Below are positions 24,558 to 33,845 of a stretch of DNA of 64,000 nt, piece by piece. Numbering within the stretch: position 1 is the first letter of the stretch; each line of letters starts with the position of its first letter. The DNA comes from Candidatus Micrarchaeia archaeon (lineage in GTDB: Bacteria; Chloroflexota; Dormibacteria; Aeolococcales; Bog-877), in the NCBI GenBank assembly GCA_035533215.1, contig DATLUG010000042.1:16330-80329 (forward strand), in the 5' to 3' direction. Both the position numbers and the translations under genes were made by a program. The notes beneath the pieces were generated by a model. It did not search any database, was not told where the DNA came from, and saw only the letters and a program-made list of their open reading frames with translations.

Positions 24558-26429
24558 ATGCCGCCTCGACGCCCGGACGCCGACACCGACGACGCCAAGC
24601 TCCGTGAGCTGCTCTTCCTGCAGCGCCTCTCCACCGCGGCGGCCACCACCGTCGAGCCCGACGCGCTCCTGGACCTGGTGATCCGGGAGACCACCGGGGC
24701 CATGCGGACCGACGTCTGCTCCCTCTACCTCCACGACCCGGAGCGCTCGGAGCTGGTCCTCACCGCGACCAACGGCCTCAATGTGAGCCAGGTGGGGCAG
24801 GTGCGGCTGCGGCTGGGCGAGGGCGTCACGGGCTGGGTGGCGGAGCACCGCCGGCCGCTGGTGGTCCCGAGGGTGGCGGCGGAACCGCGGTTCCGCTGGA
24901 TCCCCGGGGTGGACGATCCCCGCTTCACGTCCATGCTCTCGGTGCCGATCCTGGCGGGTCCGCGGATGATCGGGGTCCTCAACGTCCAGACGGTCCCCAC
25001 CCGGGCGTTCGTCGCGCCCGACATCGACTTCCTGGCCGCGATCGCGGGCGGGGTGGCGGGGATCATCGAGCGGAGCGAGCTGCAGCGCCGGCTGGAGACC
25101 CAGCTCGACGAGATCCGCTCCTCGCAGGAGATCCACGAGCGCTTCACCCAGCTGGCCCTGGCCGGGGCCGGCCTGGAGGCCATCCTGGAGGCGATCGGCA
25201 GCCTGGCCCGGGCCCATGTCGACCTGTACGATCCGCAGGGCTTCCGGCTCCACCGCCAGGGGCCGCCCGGGCTGCCCCTGGGCCGCCTCGCCCTCCCGTC
25301 CGGGCTCGCCCGGGGGGACCGCGCCGGGCCGGTCTCCGCGCAGGCCGGCCGTCCCCGCCGCCGGCTGTGGCTGACCCCGATCCGCACCGAGGGGGAGCTG
25401 GTCGCGGTGCTGGCGGCCGAGCCGTCCTCGGCGTCCGCCGTGCCCGCGGCCGGCCGGGTGGGCGGCGAGGCGGAGGTCCTGGCGCCGATCCTGCGGCGGG
25501 CGCTGGAACATGGCGCCACCGTCCTGGCCCTGGAGCTGGCCAAGGAGCGTGCCGCGGCGGAGGTGGAGCGCCGGCTCCGGGGGGATCTGGTGGAGGCCCT
25601 CCTCTCGCACGGTCTGGCGGCGGCCGAGGCCTCCAGGCTGGCAGCCCAGGCGGGCCGGCTGGGGTCCCGGGTCGCGGAGCACAGCTTCGTCCTCGTGGTC
25701 GAGCCCGACGACGAGGAGGCGGCGAGACGCCTCGGCAGCCGCCCGTTCCAGGACCGCATCCACGAGGCCGTCGATGACCTGTGCCAGCGGCGCGTTGCCG
25801 GGGCGCTGGTCGTCACCCGTCCCACCTCCCTCGTGGTGCTGGCCCCCTCCGGGCGGACCGAGGAGACCGAGGAGGCCGACGCCGAGGCGGGGACGGTGGA
25901 CAGGGTGCCGGACCAGCAGCGGATCGTCGACCTGGCGCGCGGGATCCAGGACCTCGTCCGCCGCCTCGCCCCGGACACCGCCTTCTCGGTGGGGATCGGC
26001 AACCTCGCCCAGGGGCTCGAGGCGCTCCCCCTCGCCCACGACCAGGCCCGCCAGGCGCTCCGGCTGGTGCGCCGGGGCGGCGGCCGCGGGCAGGTCGTCT
26101 CCTACCGCTCCCTGGGTGCGCTGCGCCTGCTCCTCGAGGTGCGCGATCCGCAGGCGATCACCCGGTTCGTCGACGAGACCCTGGGCCCCGTCCTCCGACC
26201 CGGCGGCCGCCGCACCGCACCACTCCTCGCCACCCTGGAGGCGCTGGTGCGCCACCGCTGGAACCGGCGCGCGACCGCCCGGGGGCTGGCGCTGCACGTC
26301 AACAGCCTCGCCTACCGCATCCGCACCATCGAGTCCGAGACGGGCCTTCGGATCGACGACCCCGAGGCCCGGGTCCTGCTCACCGTGGCGCTGCAGGCCC
26401 GCACCCTGCTGAGCCCAGAGGGAGAGTGA
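24558..26429 (+). CDS. GAF-domain / PucR-family (CdaR-like) transcriptional regulator
   Basis: N-terminal GAF (SLYLHD...LVLTATNGL...GEGVTGWVAEHRRPLVV...SMLSVPI). C-terminal PucR HTH (LLATLEALVRHRWNRRATARGLALHVNSLAYRIRTIESETG). Confidence 0.9.
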   Translation: MPPRRPDADTDDAKLRELLFLQRLSTAAATTVEPDALLDLVIRETTGAMRTDVCSLYLHDPERSELVLTATNGLNVSQVGQVRLRLGEGVTGWVAEHRRPLVVPRVAAEPRFRWIPGVDDPRFTSMLSVPILAGPRMIGVLNVQTVPTRAFVAPDIDFLAAIAGGVAGIIERSELQRRLETQLDEIRSSQEIHERFTQLALAGAGLEAILEAIGSLARAHVDLYDPQGFRLHRQGPPGLPLGRLALPSGLARGDRAGPVSAQAGRPRRRLWLTPIRTEGELVAVLAAEPSSASAVPAAGRVGGEAEVLAPILRRALEHGATVLALELAKERAAAEVERRLRGDLVEALLSHGLAAAEASRLAAQAGRLGSRVAEHSFVLVVEPDDEEAARRLGSRPFQDRIHEAVDDLCQRRVAGALVVTRPTSLVVLAPSGRTEETEEADAEAGTVDRVPDQQRIVDLARGIQDLVRRLAPDTAFSVGIGNLAQGLEALPLAHDQARQALRLVRRGGGRGQVVSYRSLGALRLLLEVRDPQAITRFVDETLGPVLRPGGRRTAPLLATLEALVRHRWNRRATARGLALHVNSLAYRIRTIESETGLRIDDPEARVLLTVALQARTLLSPEGE

Positions 26430-26433
26430 GGCG

Positions 26434-27511
26434 TCAGCCTCCGGGTCCGCGGGCGGTGGCGGCCGGGACGCTCCGGGCGGCGGCAGTGGGAGCGGTGCCG
26501 ATGGTCGCGACCGGGTCGAACGCGAGCCCTGCCACCGTCTCGCTGCCGGCGCCGACCCGGCGCAGCCAGACCACGTACTGAGCCTCGCTGCTCTCCGCAC
26601 CCTGCGGTACGCGCCGGGGGCGAGGAAGGCGGGCCAGTCGGTGCGGGCCCGGTTCTGGGTGCAGTGGCCGCCGGCCACCCGGGCGGTGTCGGTGAGGGTC
26701 GCGTAGGCGGCATCGGCGACGATCCAGAATCCGGAGGGCTGGTCGATGACGGTGGGGACGGCCGCCGGCGACTGGACGAAGGTGTCGCTGATGCGCTCGT
26801 CGTACTTCCGACCGTTGTCGGCGATGTAGCGGCGGTTGGCGCGGTTCAGCTGCGAGGTGAAGGGGCCGGCGGCGAGATGGCCGAGTGACACCGACGGCCG
26901 GGTGCTGGCGCTCCAGTACCGGTCGAGCGTGGTGACCAGGGACCGGCACCACGACGCGCAGGCGACGATCCGGGCGCTGGTCCCGAAGCGGGGGACCGAG
27001 TCGCCCCTGAAGAAGTGGGTCGCGTAGTCGATGACCCAGCGTCCGGGCGGCGGTCTGCGCTGGAGGACGACCAGCTCGGCCACCGTCCTTCCGGTCCCGG
27101 TCCCGCGCCGGTCGGCGGCGGCGAGGTCGACCCCGGGGTGGGCGGAGGAGGCGGAGGCGAGCACCGACCAGTGGCGGGGCGTCGGCACGGCTGCGAGACG
27201 CCGCCCGCTCAGCTCCTCCCAGGCCACCCCGGTGGAGTCGTCGGCGGCCATCACCCCGCGCTCGACGGTGTCGATCAGCGTGGGCGTACGGGTTCGCTGC
27301 GCGCGGTCGTAGACGGCGATGTCGTGATCCATCACCGCCGCGACCCACCCCGACGACGTCGTGGGATCGGGGCTCCCGGGTCGCGCCACCGATCGCAGCG
27401 CCGGCCCGGGCGGTCCCGGGTGTGCGCCGGCGCACACCCGGCCAGGACGATCGCCACGCCACCGGCCAGGGCGGCGCCGCGACGGCGGCTCGACCGGCGA
27501 CCGGGGCGCAC
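26434..27511 (-). CDS. lipoprotein-like protein of unknown function, needs two frame changes to be read
   Basis: GTG at 27511 gives MRPGRRSSRRRGAALAGGVAIVLAGCAPAH (lipobox). The body (VMDHDIAVYDRAQRT...YIADNGRKYDERISDTFVQSP...DWPAFLAPGAY) is in a second frame that has no stop for a further 2.7 kb. The tail (PQGAESSEAQYVVWLRRVGAGSETVAGLAFDPVATIG...) and the stop at 26434 are in a third frame. All three segments are GC3-saturated. Confidence 0.55.
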
Positions 27512-27546
27512 GGTGGCGCGAGTCTACGGGGTGGCGGCGGGGAGCG

Positions 27547-28140
27547 TCAACCGCGGCGAGTGGGCCGCCCGTCAGGCGCGGTACCCCGCCCGCCCCTCGC
27601 CGGGCGTCCGCCGGCGAGGGGGGTCGCCTCGAGCTCGCGGCACCGACGACGTCGGCGAGGGAACGCGCGGCGTCGCGAACCGCGTGCCCGATCTCGGCCG
27701 AGCCGCGGCGGTCGGGCTCGGCGCCCACCGCTGCCACCATCGGCCGGCGGCGCGGTCGTGGCGGCCGTCGACACGACCGACCACACGGTCGCGGCGCATG
27801 GTGGGCTGCAACTGGTCGCCGCGGCGCCGCCGCCCGACCGGCGGGGGCGGATCTCGGTGCGGTGGCAGAGCCCCACAAGGAGCTCGAGCCGGACGCGGTC
27901 GAGGACCAGGGTGTCGAACGGCGACGGCAGGCTGGTGCGCCCGGTCGCCGGCGCGCCGTCGACCAGCTGGTCCACGTCGTCGCGATGGACGGAACCCTGC
28001 CGGCCGATCACCATCTCGCCCGACCACCCGCGCGGAGCGGAGCTGGCCCCTTTGGCCGAGCCGCTCGCGCACCTCGTCGGGCTGGCCGCAGCGGCTCGAA
28101 CTCGGGGGGGTGGCCGCGTCCGTGCCCCCCCCGCGGTCAC
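27547..28140 (-). CDS. hypothetical ORF with ambiguous frame
   Basis: GTG at 28140 overlaps the upstream TGA (GTGA). The middle part is convincingly coding (GEMVIGRQGSVHRDDVDQLVDGAPATGRTSLPSPFDTLVLDRVRLELLVGLCH). The best-GC3 frame differs at both ends, with G8 and C7 homopolymers at 28104-28132. Confidence 0.35.
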   Translation of the reverse strand: MTAGGARTRPPPRVRAAAASPTRCASGSAKGASSAPRGWSGEMVIGRQGSVHRDDVDQLVDGAPATGRTSLPSPFDTLVLDRVRLELLVGLCHRTEIRPRRSGGGAAATSCSPPCAATVWSVVSTAATTAPPADGGSGGRRARPPRLGRDRARGSRRRAFPRRRRRCRELEATPLAGGRPARGGRGTAPDGRPTRRG

Positions 28141-29075
28141 CGGCTGCGGGTCGCCCGCTCCCGGCTCCGGTCCGGCTCCGCCCGTTCGGCGCACGCGTAC
28201 CGCAGGAACAGGTGCGATGCGTGTCGCCGGACGCTGAGGAGCGCAAGCGGCGACCGGTCTCTCGGCAGCAGCTCGACGCCGTCGACGACGCCGGGGCGAT
28301 GGCGGCCGTCCTGGCGCCCGGCCAGGACCGGGGCCACGGTGAGGAAGAGCTGGTCCAGCAGGCGGGCGCGCAGGAGCTCGCCGACCAGCACCGGGCCGCC
28401 CTCGGTGAGGATCGTCCCCCACCCTCTGGCCCGCAGCCTCGCGAACAGGTGAACGAGGTCGACCCCATCGGCGGCGGGGGTCGTCACCACCTCCGCGGCG
28501 GGCAGGCGCAGGCGCGCCCGGACGGCCCCCGCCGGGGTGGTCGCGACCAGCACGTCGCCGGCCAGCCCCGGGTGGTCGGGCGGGAGGTCGCCGGTGCGCG
28601 TCAGCACCACCAGCCGCGGGCGGGGGGCCCGGCCGAGCGATGACCGCAGCGCCCGCAGCTCGGCCGCGGCCCAGCCGCAGACGTGCTCGGGGGTCCACAC
28701 GTGCCCGGGGGTCGCCCGCAGGGTGCCGGCGCCGATCACGACCGCGTCGGCGCAGGCCCGCAGCAGCGCCATCACGAACCGGTCGGCCGGGTCGCGGCCG
28801 CTGATCACCGATCCCGCTGATGGGATCCCAGGGCCGAGGGCCACCACGCCGTCGGCCGAGGCGACGAAGTTGGCGAACAGCACCGGGGGCGTGAACCCGA
28901 ACCCGCCCCCGTACAGTCGGCTGAGGCGGGCCGGCACCTCCGCGTAGCGGGCGAGGCCGCGCTCCTCAAAGTCGCACCGCAGCGGCGACAGCGGCTCCTC
29001 CCCATCACCCCCGCCGCCATCGGCGTCGCTCACGATCCCCTCCCCGTCCGCCGCCCTGATTGGGGCCGTTCGCAT
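28137..29075 (-). CDS. RibD C-terminal-domain / dihydrofolate-reductase-like family protein
   Basis: FANFVASADGVVALG...GRDPADRFVMALLRACADAVVIGAGTLR...LTEGGPVLVGELLRARLLDQLFLTVAPVLAG. ATG at 29075, with an alternative GTG at 29033. Confidence 0.8.
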   Translation of the reverse strand: MRTAPIRAADGEGIVSDADGGGGDGEEPLSPLRCDFEERGLARYAEVPARLSRLYGGGFGFTPPVLFANFVASADGVVALGPGIPSAGSVISGRDPADRFVMALLRACADAVVIGAGTLRATPGHVWTPEHVCGWAAAELRALRSSLGRAPRPRLVVLTRTGDLPPDHPGLAGDVLVATTPAGAVRARLRLPAAEVVTTPAADGVDLVHLFARLRARGWGTILTEGGPVLVGELLRARLLDQLFLTVAPVLAGRQDGRHRPGVVDGVELLPRDRSPLALLSVRRHASHLFLRYACAERAEPDRSRERATRSR

Positions 29076-29212
29076 CCTAAGCGCGGACCACCGCCAGTGG
29101 CGACGGAGGAGGATGGAGCGGGGGCCGGCCCCGGCCGGGCCGCCGGGGTGGCGACGGACGATCTGGCGGACGCGGCGTTCCTCACCCGGACCGCGGTGCC
29201 GGTCTGACCCGC

Positions 29213-29821
29213 TCAGCGCCCAGCGGTGGCACCCGTCGCCGGTGACGGCCCCGGCCCCGTGCCCCGGCCCCGCTCGTGGGCGGCGGGGAGGCTTGCGCCT
29301 GGCAGACCCGCCACCATCTCCAGGGCATGGGGGAGAGCGGCCCAGACCGCGTCCAGGCTCTCCTCCACGGCTCGCCGGGCGCCAGGCAGCGCCAGCACCA
29401 GGGACCGTCCCCGCACCACCGCGACCTGGCGGGACAGGATCCCGTGCGGGGTGTGGCGGAGGCCGGCGGCGCGCATCGCCTCCCCGAACCCTGGCACCAC
29501 ATAGTCGGCCACCTCCAGGACCGCCTCCGGGGTCCGGTCCCGCTGATGGAGCCCGGTCCCGCCAGTGCAGAGGACCAGCGCTGGCCGGAGGTCGTCGACG
29601 GTCCCCCGCAGCCAGCCGGCCACCTGCTCGGGCTCGTCCGGCAGACAGGCGGCCCGGGCGACCTCCCCGGGGAGGTCGCGGGCCCGCTCCTGCAGCCAGC
29701 GGCCGCTGGTGTCCTCGGCCAGCCCCTGCGCGCAGCGGTCGCTGACGGTGAGGACCGCGACCCGCCAACGGCCCCGGACCGCGGGGGCCTCGCAGCGGTC
29801 GTCGGCGCCGCCGGCCGCCAC
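29213..29821 (-). CDS. MoaB/Mog-family molybdenum cofactor biosynthesis protein
   Basis: VAVLTVSDRCAQG...ALVLCTGGTGLHQRDRTPEAV...VPGFGEAMR. GTG at 29821, 4 nt after the deaminase stop. Confidence 0.85.
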   Translation of the reverse strand: MAAGGADDRCEAPAVRGRWRVAVLTVSDRCAQGLAEDTSGRWLQERARDLPGEVARAACLPDEPEQVAGWLRGTVDDLRPALVLCTGGTGLHQRDRTPEAVLEVADYVVPGFGEAMRAAGLRHTPHGILSRQVAVVRGRSLVLALPGARRAVEESLDAVWAALPHALEMVAGLPGASLPAAHERGRGTGPGPSPATGATAGR

Positions 29822-29825
29822 CCGG

Positions 29826-30416
29826 TCAGCCCTCCCCGCCGGCCGGCTCGGCGCCCGCGCCGGCCGCTGCCCCGCCGTCCGAGCCGGACGCCAGGAAGGC
29901 GAGGAGCCGCCCGCGGTCCACCGCCAGCGGCTCGAACACCTGGAAGCGGGCGCGCAGGCTCGCGTACTGGACCGCGAGCTCGCGGTCCTGGTCGGCCGCC
30001 GCCGGCTGCCACTCGTCGAGGTACCGCACCGCCACGATCCCCGCCTGGAGCGCCTCCTTGCAGCAACCGAAGCAGGGTCGGAGGGTGGTGGTGAGGGTCC
30101 CGCCCAGGGTCGACTGGCCGAAGCGGGCGGCGGCCAGGATCGCGTTCTGCTCGGCGTGGACGCAGACGCAGAGGTCGTAGGCACCCCCCACCGGATACGG
30201 GCCGGTGTCGCGCCGGGCGCAGCGGTGGCAGCCCCCCTCCGAGCAGTTCGGCATCCCGATGGGGGTCCCGTTGTACCCGGTGCTGAGCACCCGGTCCTCG
30301 CGGATGACGACGGCGCCGACCCGCCGTCCCAGGCAGTCCGCCCGGGTCCGGGCCGCCAGGGCCAGGAGGACCGCGTACTCCTGCTTCGACGGCCGGGCGG
30401 CGCCCGCCTCGGGCAT
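29826..30416 (-). CDS. deoxycytidylate (dCMP) deaminase / ComEB-like
   Basis: VCVHAEQNAI (HAE) and LRPCFGCCKEA (PCxxC) zinc motifs. Confidence 0.9.
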   Translation of the reverse strand: MPEAGAARPSKQEYAVLLALAARTRADCLGRRVGAVVIREDRVLSTGYNGTPIGMPNCSEGGCHRCARRDTGPYPVGGAYDLCVCVHAEQNAILAAARFGQSTLGGTLTTTLRPCFGCCKEALQAGIVAVRYLDEWQPAAADQDRELAVQYASLRARFQVFEPLAVDRGRLLAFLASGSDGGAAAGAGAEPAGGEG

Positions 30417-30426
30417 GCCCTCGACC

Positions 30427-31983
30427 TCAGCGGTCGACGGCGGCGACGATGGCGGGGTCGAGCCCCGGGAAGCTGCGCAGGAACTGCAGGCGTTCCCGGG
30501 TCAGCTGCGCCACCAGCTCGCGATAGGCATCCTGCCGGCCGGTGCGCTGGTAGAGGAGGCGCGGCTGGAGCAGCTCCGGGTCGTCGATGCCGGGGACGCG
30601 GGCGGCCACGTCGTAGCCGAAATCGGGATCCCGCTCCCAGCTGACCGTCCCCTCGGCGATCGCCCGGACCACCGCCGAGGAGTCCTGGATCCGCACCTTC
30701 TTGCCGCGGGGGTCGTCGTCGCCACCGCCGACCCGGCCGGTGTTGAGCAGGTAGGCGGTGAAGCCGCCGCTGTCGTGCAGCTCCTTGAAGCGGTTCCCCT
30801 GCTGCGAGTGGAGCAGGGGAAAGAAGGGATTGGTGCCGGGGACCCGGAGCGCCCGCCCGGCCTCGGCGGCGCCGCCGGCGGCGGTGCCGCGGGTCTCCCC
30901 CAGCATAAAGTAGGCGGCCGCCTGCTCGGCCGACAGACGCGCCACCGTCGGGATCAGACCGTCGTTGCGGTTGAGGATGAGCAGGGAGTGCACCGGCCCG
31001 AGGTCGCGGGCGTCGCGCGACCAGCCCAGGGCGTCCATCGGGAACACCGCGCGCCCATTCTGGGTGTGGCGCTGGTCGAAGAAGTCGCAGGGTCCGTCCA
31101 CCTCCGCCTGCGACACGTTCTCCAGATACGAGACCCGGGAGGTGACGGCGCGATGGATGGTGGGCTCGTCGTCGGGGTCGAGCGCGTAGGTCTTGGCGAA
31201 GCAGCCGTTCTCCGACCCGTACACCTTGCCCCCCGGCATCAGCGCGATGAAGTCGTCCTGCACCGGACGGCTCTCGTTCTGACGGGTGAAGGTGGTGGTG
31301 GTCTTGCCGGTGCCGGAGAGACCCACGATGAGGATGGTCTGCTCGCCGCCGTCGGTGGGGATCGCCTTGCAGCCGGCGTGCATGGCCAGGCCGCCGCGGT
31401 CGTAGACGATCCGGTTCCAGAGCCGCAGCAGGTTCTTCTTCGACTCCCCGAAGTAGTCGGAGTTGCAGACCCGGGTCACCCCGCGCTCCAGGTCGACCGC
31501 GATGCAGCGGTCGTCGGGGTAGCCGGGTGCGGCCAGCCCGGGGGTGTAGATGACCGTCATGTCGGGCTCGAACTCGGGCCCGATGCCGGGCCCGTCGAAG
31601 AGCAGATGGGCCTGCATCCCGGCGATGTTGGCGAAGCTGCGCTCCATCACCAGCCGCGCCGGCACCCGGAAGTCCACGTCGTTGCCGATGTAGCCGTCGA
31701 TCACCAGCACGTCCCGCTCCCGCAGGTAGGCGTCCTGCATCTCGGCGATGCGGCGTCCCTCGGCCGGCGGGACGGTGCGGTCGGAGTGGCGCTCAGGGGC
31801 GTCGCTGATGATCACCGTGGAGGCGTTGCTGCGGGCCAGGACCGTGGTCTGGACGTTGTAGTTGTCGTAGGCGGTGCGCCGGGCCGTGGGCATGGCGCTG
31901 GTGAGCTCCCGGAGCCGCTCCGGGGAGGGGTTGAAGTCGGCCGAGCGCGTCAGCGGCAGTGAGGCTCTGGCCACCTCGCCCAT
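30427..31983 (-). CDS. pckA: phosphoenolpyruvate carboxykinase (ATP)
   Basis: GLSGTGKTT P-loop, FNPSPERL N-terminus, GRAVFPM. AGGAG Shine-Dalgarno sequence 7 nt upstream of the ATG at 31983. Confidence 0.95.
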   Translation of the reverse strand: MGEVARASLPLTRSADFNPSPERLRELTSAMPTARRTAYDNYNVQTTVLARSNASTVIISDAPERHSDRTVPPAEGRRIAEMQDAYLRERDVLVIDGYIGNDVDFRVPARLVMERSFANIAGMQAHLLFDGPGIGPEFEPDMTVIYTPGLAAPGYPDDRCIAVDLERGVTRVCNSDYFGESKKNLLRLWNRIVYDRGGLAMHAGCKAIPTDGGEQTILIVGLSGTGKTTTTFTRQNESRPVQDDFIALMPGGKVYGSENGCFAKTYALDPDDEPTIHRAVTSRVSYLENVSQAEVDGPCDFFDQRHTQNGRAVFPMDALGWSRDARDLGPVHSLLILNRNDGLIPTVARLSAEQAAAYFMLGETRGTAAGGAAEAGRALRVPGTNPFFPLLHSQQGNRFKELHDSGGFTAYLLNTGRVGGGDDDPRGKKVRIQDSSAVVRAIAEGTVSWERDPDFGYDVAARVPGIDDPELLQPRLLYQRTGRQDAYRELVAQLTRERLQFLRSFPGLDPAIVAAVDR

Positions 31984-32210
31984 CTCGATCTCCTCGCGAC
32001 CCGGCCGGGCGTTCGCCCGTCCCCCTTCGGATTCGAGCGTAGCAGACGACCTGGGTCCCCCGGGACGGTTCGCCCACCGCCGGTCGGCGCCGTCCGGCTC
32101 TCGTCCGCCCGGGGCACCGGTTGCGGGCGGGGCGGCGGCGCGCCACCATGGGCCGGGGGCGGCGGCCGGCGCGGGACCGGCCCTCCCGGGAGGAGGACCG
32201 CGAGGTGGCC

Positions 32211-32696
32211 ATGACGATCACGACACCGAAGGTGGCGGCGGTGATGACCCAGAGCGTCGTCACGGTGGGTCCGGATGCGACCGTGGCCGAGGTGGCGGAG
32301 ATGCTCCACCGCCATCACATCACCGGGGTCCCGGTGGTGAACGACTACCTGGGGGTGGTCGGGGTGGTGAGCGAGTCGGACCTCATCGGCAAGCGGGGAC
32401 GCACCGCCGGCGACATCATGACCGCGCCCGCCCGCACCATCGGGGAGGACGCCGCCCTGAGCGACGCGGCCGGGATCCTCCTCGAGGAGCGGATCCGGCG
32501 GCTGCCGGTGGTGCACAACGATCGGCTGGTGGGCCTGATCTCCCGCACCGACCTGGTGACCTTCTTCGCCCGCCATCAGTGGGTCTGCGGCGGGTGCGGG
32601 TCGGCGGTGCGGGGGCTGGAGCCACCCGCCGCCTGTCCCAACTGCGAGGCTCCGGCGCAGGGATTCCAGCTGGAGGACGCCGCTCCGGGGATGTGA
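32211..32696 (+). CDS. CBS-pair domain protein with C-terminal zinc ribbon
   Basis: Two CBS repeats (VMTQSVVTVGPDATV...ITGVPVVN; IMTAPARTIGEDAAL...RRLPVVHNDRLVGLISRTDL), then CGGCG...CPNC. Confidence 0.85.
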   Translation: MTITTPKVAAVMTQSVVTVGPDATVAEVAEMLHRHHITGVPVVNDYLGVVGVVSESDLIGKRGRTAGDIMTAPARTIGEDAALSDAAGILLEERIRRLPVVHNDRLVGLISRTDLVTFFARHQWVCGGCGSAVRGLEPPAACPNCEAPAQGFQLEDAAPGM

Positions 32697-32720
32697 CCCC
32701 GGGGGCCGGGAAGGGATGGC

Positions 32721-33761
32721 TCAGGCGGGGGGGACCGTCACCGGTGCCCGTTGGCGCAGCCGGCGGAGGTCGTGCACCGACTCGGTCCAGCGGATGGTCC
32801 CACTGTACGACCGCATCACCACCGACGAGGTCCGCACCTCCATCCCCGCGAAGCGGACCCCGGTCAGCATCTCCCCGTCGGTGATCCCGGTGGCGGCGAA
32901 GAAGATGTCGTGCCCACTGCAGAGGGCGGGCAGGTCGAGCACCCGGTCGGGATCGAGCCCCTCGTCAGCGACCAGCCGCCCCTCGTCGTCGTCGCGGGGC
33001 CAGAGGCGGCACTGCATGTCGCCGCCGATGCACTGCACCGCGCAGGCGGTCAGCACCGCCTCGGGGGCGCCCCCGATCCCGGCCAGGACGTCAACCCCAC
33101 TGCGGTCCGGGAGCGCGGCCATCACCCCGCCGGCGACGTCGCCGTCGGTGATGAGCTTGACCCGGGCCCCGGCGGCGCGGATCTCGGCGAGCAGGCGTTC
33201 GTGGCGGGGGCGGTCGAGCACCACCACGGTGAGGTCGCCGACGTTGCGGCCCTCGGCCTCGGCGATGCGCTGCAGGTTGCGGTGGATGGGGTCGCGCAGG
33301 TCGATGGCGCCGCGGGCCCGCGGACCGACCACCAGCTTCTCCATGTAGGCGCAGTGGGTCTGGAAGAGCGAGCCCCGCTCGGCCAGCGCCACGGTGGCGA
33401 TCCCGCCGGGCAGGCCGCGGGCCACCAGGCGGGTGCCGTCGATGGGGTCCACCGCGACGTCCACCTGCGGAGGGTTGCCGTTGCCCACCCGCTCGCCGAT
33501 GTACAGCATCGGGGCCTGGTCCTTCTCGCCCTCGCCGATGCGGACGACCCCGTCCATGTCGACGAAAGACAGGGCGCGGCGCATCGACTCCACCGCCGCG
33601 CGGTCGGCGGCGATCTTGTCGTCGCGCCCCATCAGGCGGCCGGCCGCCATCGCCGCCCCCTCGGTGACCCGGACCAGCTCCAGGGCGAGGTTGCGGTCCA
33701 TCGGGGTGCCGGGGTCGAGGTCGGGTGAGGGCCGGGTCGGCTCGTGGCTGGGATCGTCCAT
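32721..33761 (-). CDS. glpX: class II fructose-1,6-bisphosphatase
   Basis: DRNLALELVRVTEGAAMAAGR, DPIDGT, GGAPEAVL. Start is ATG at 33761 or ATG at 33701 (MDRNLALEL). Confidence 0.95.
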   Translation of the reverse strand: MDDPSHEPTRPSPDLDPGTPMDRNLALELVRVTEGAAMAAGRLMGRDDKIAADRAAVESMRRALSFVDMDGVVRIGEGEKDQAPMLYIGERVGNGNPPQVDVAVDPIDGTRLVARGLPGGIATVALAERGSLFQTHCAYMEKLVVGPRARGAIDLRDPIHRNLQRIAEAEGRNVGDLTVVVLDRPRHERLLAEIRAAGARVKLITDGDVAGGVMAALPDRSGVDVLAGIGGAPEAVLTACAVQCIGGDMQCRLWPRDDDEGRLVADEGLDPDRVLDLPALCSGHDIFFAATGITDGEMLTGVRFAGMEVRTSSVVMRSYSGTIRWTESVHDLRRLRQRAPVTVPPA

Positions 33762-33845
33762 GGCCGGGGACGATACGCCGGGGCGGCGCCGGCGGTGCCG
33801 AGCCCTCCCCGCTTCGGGCGGGCTCGGTCGCCGCCCGCCTCTCGC

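Noticed and set aside
23856-27878. 1340-aa minus-strand ORF, the longest in this part of the window.
   Set aside because: Most of it is antisense to the well-supported GAF-PucR gene (24558-26429) and is R/P/G-rich with poor GC3. Only ~26640-27389 of this frame looks like real protein. The ORF is long simply because stop codons are rare in this composition.
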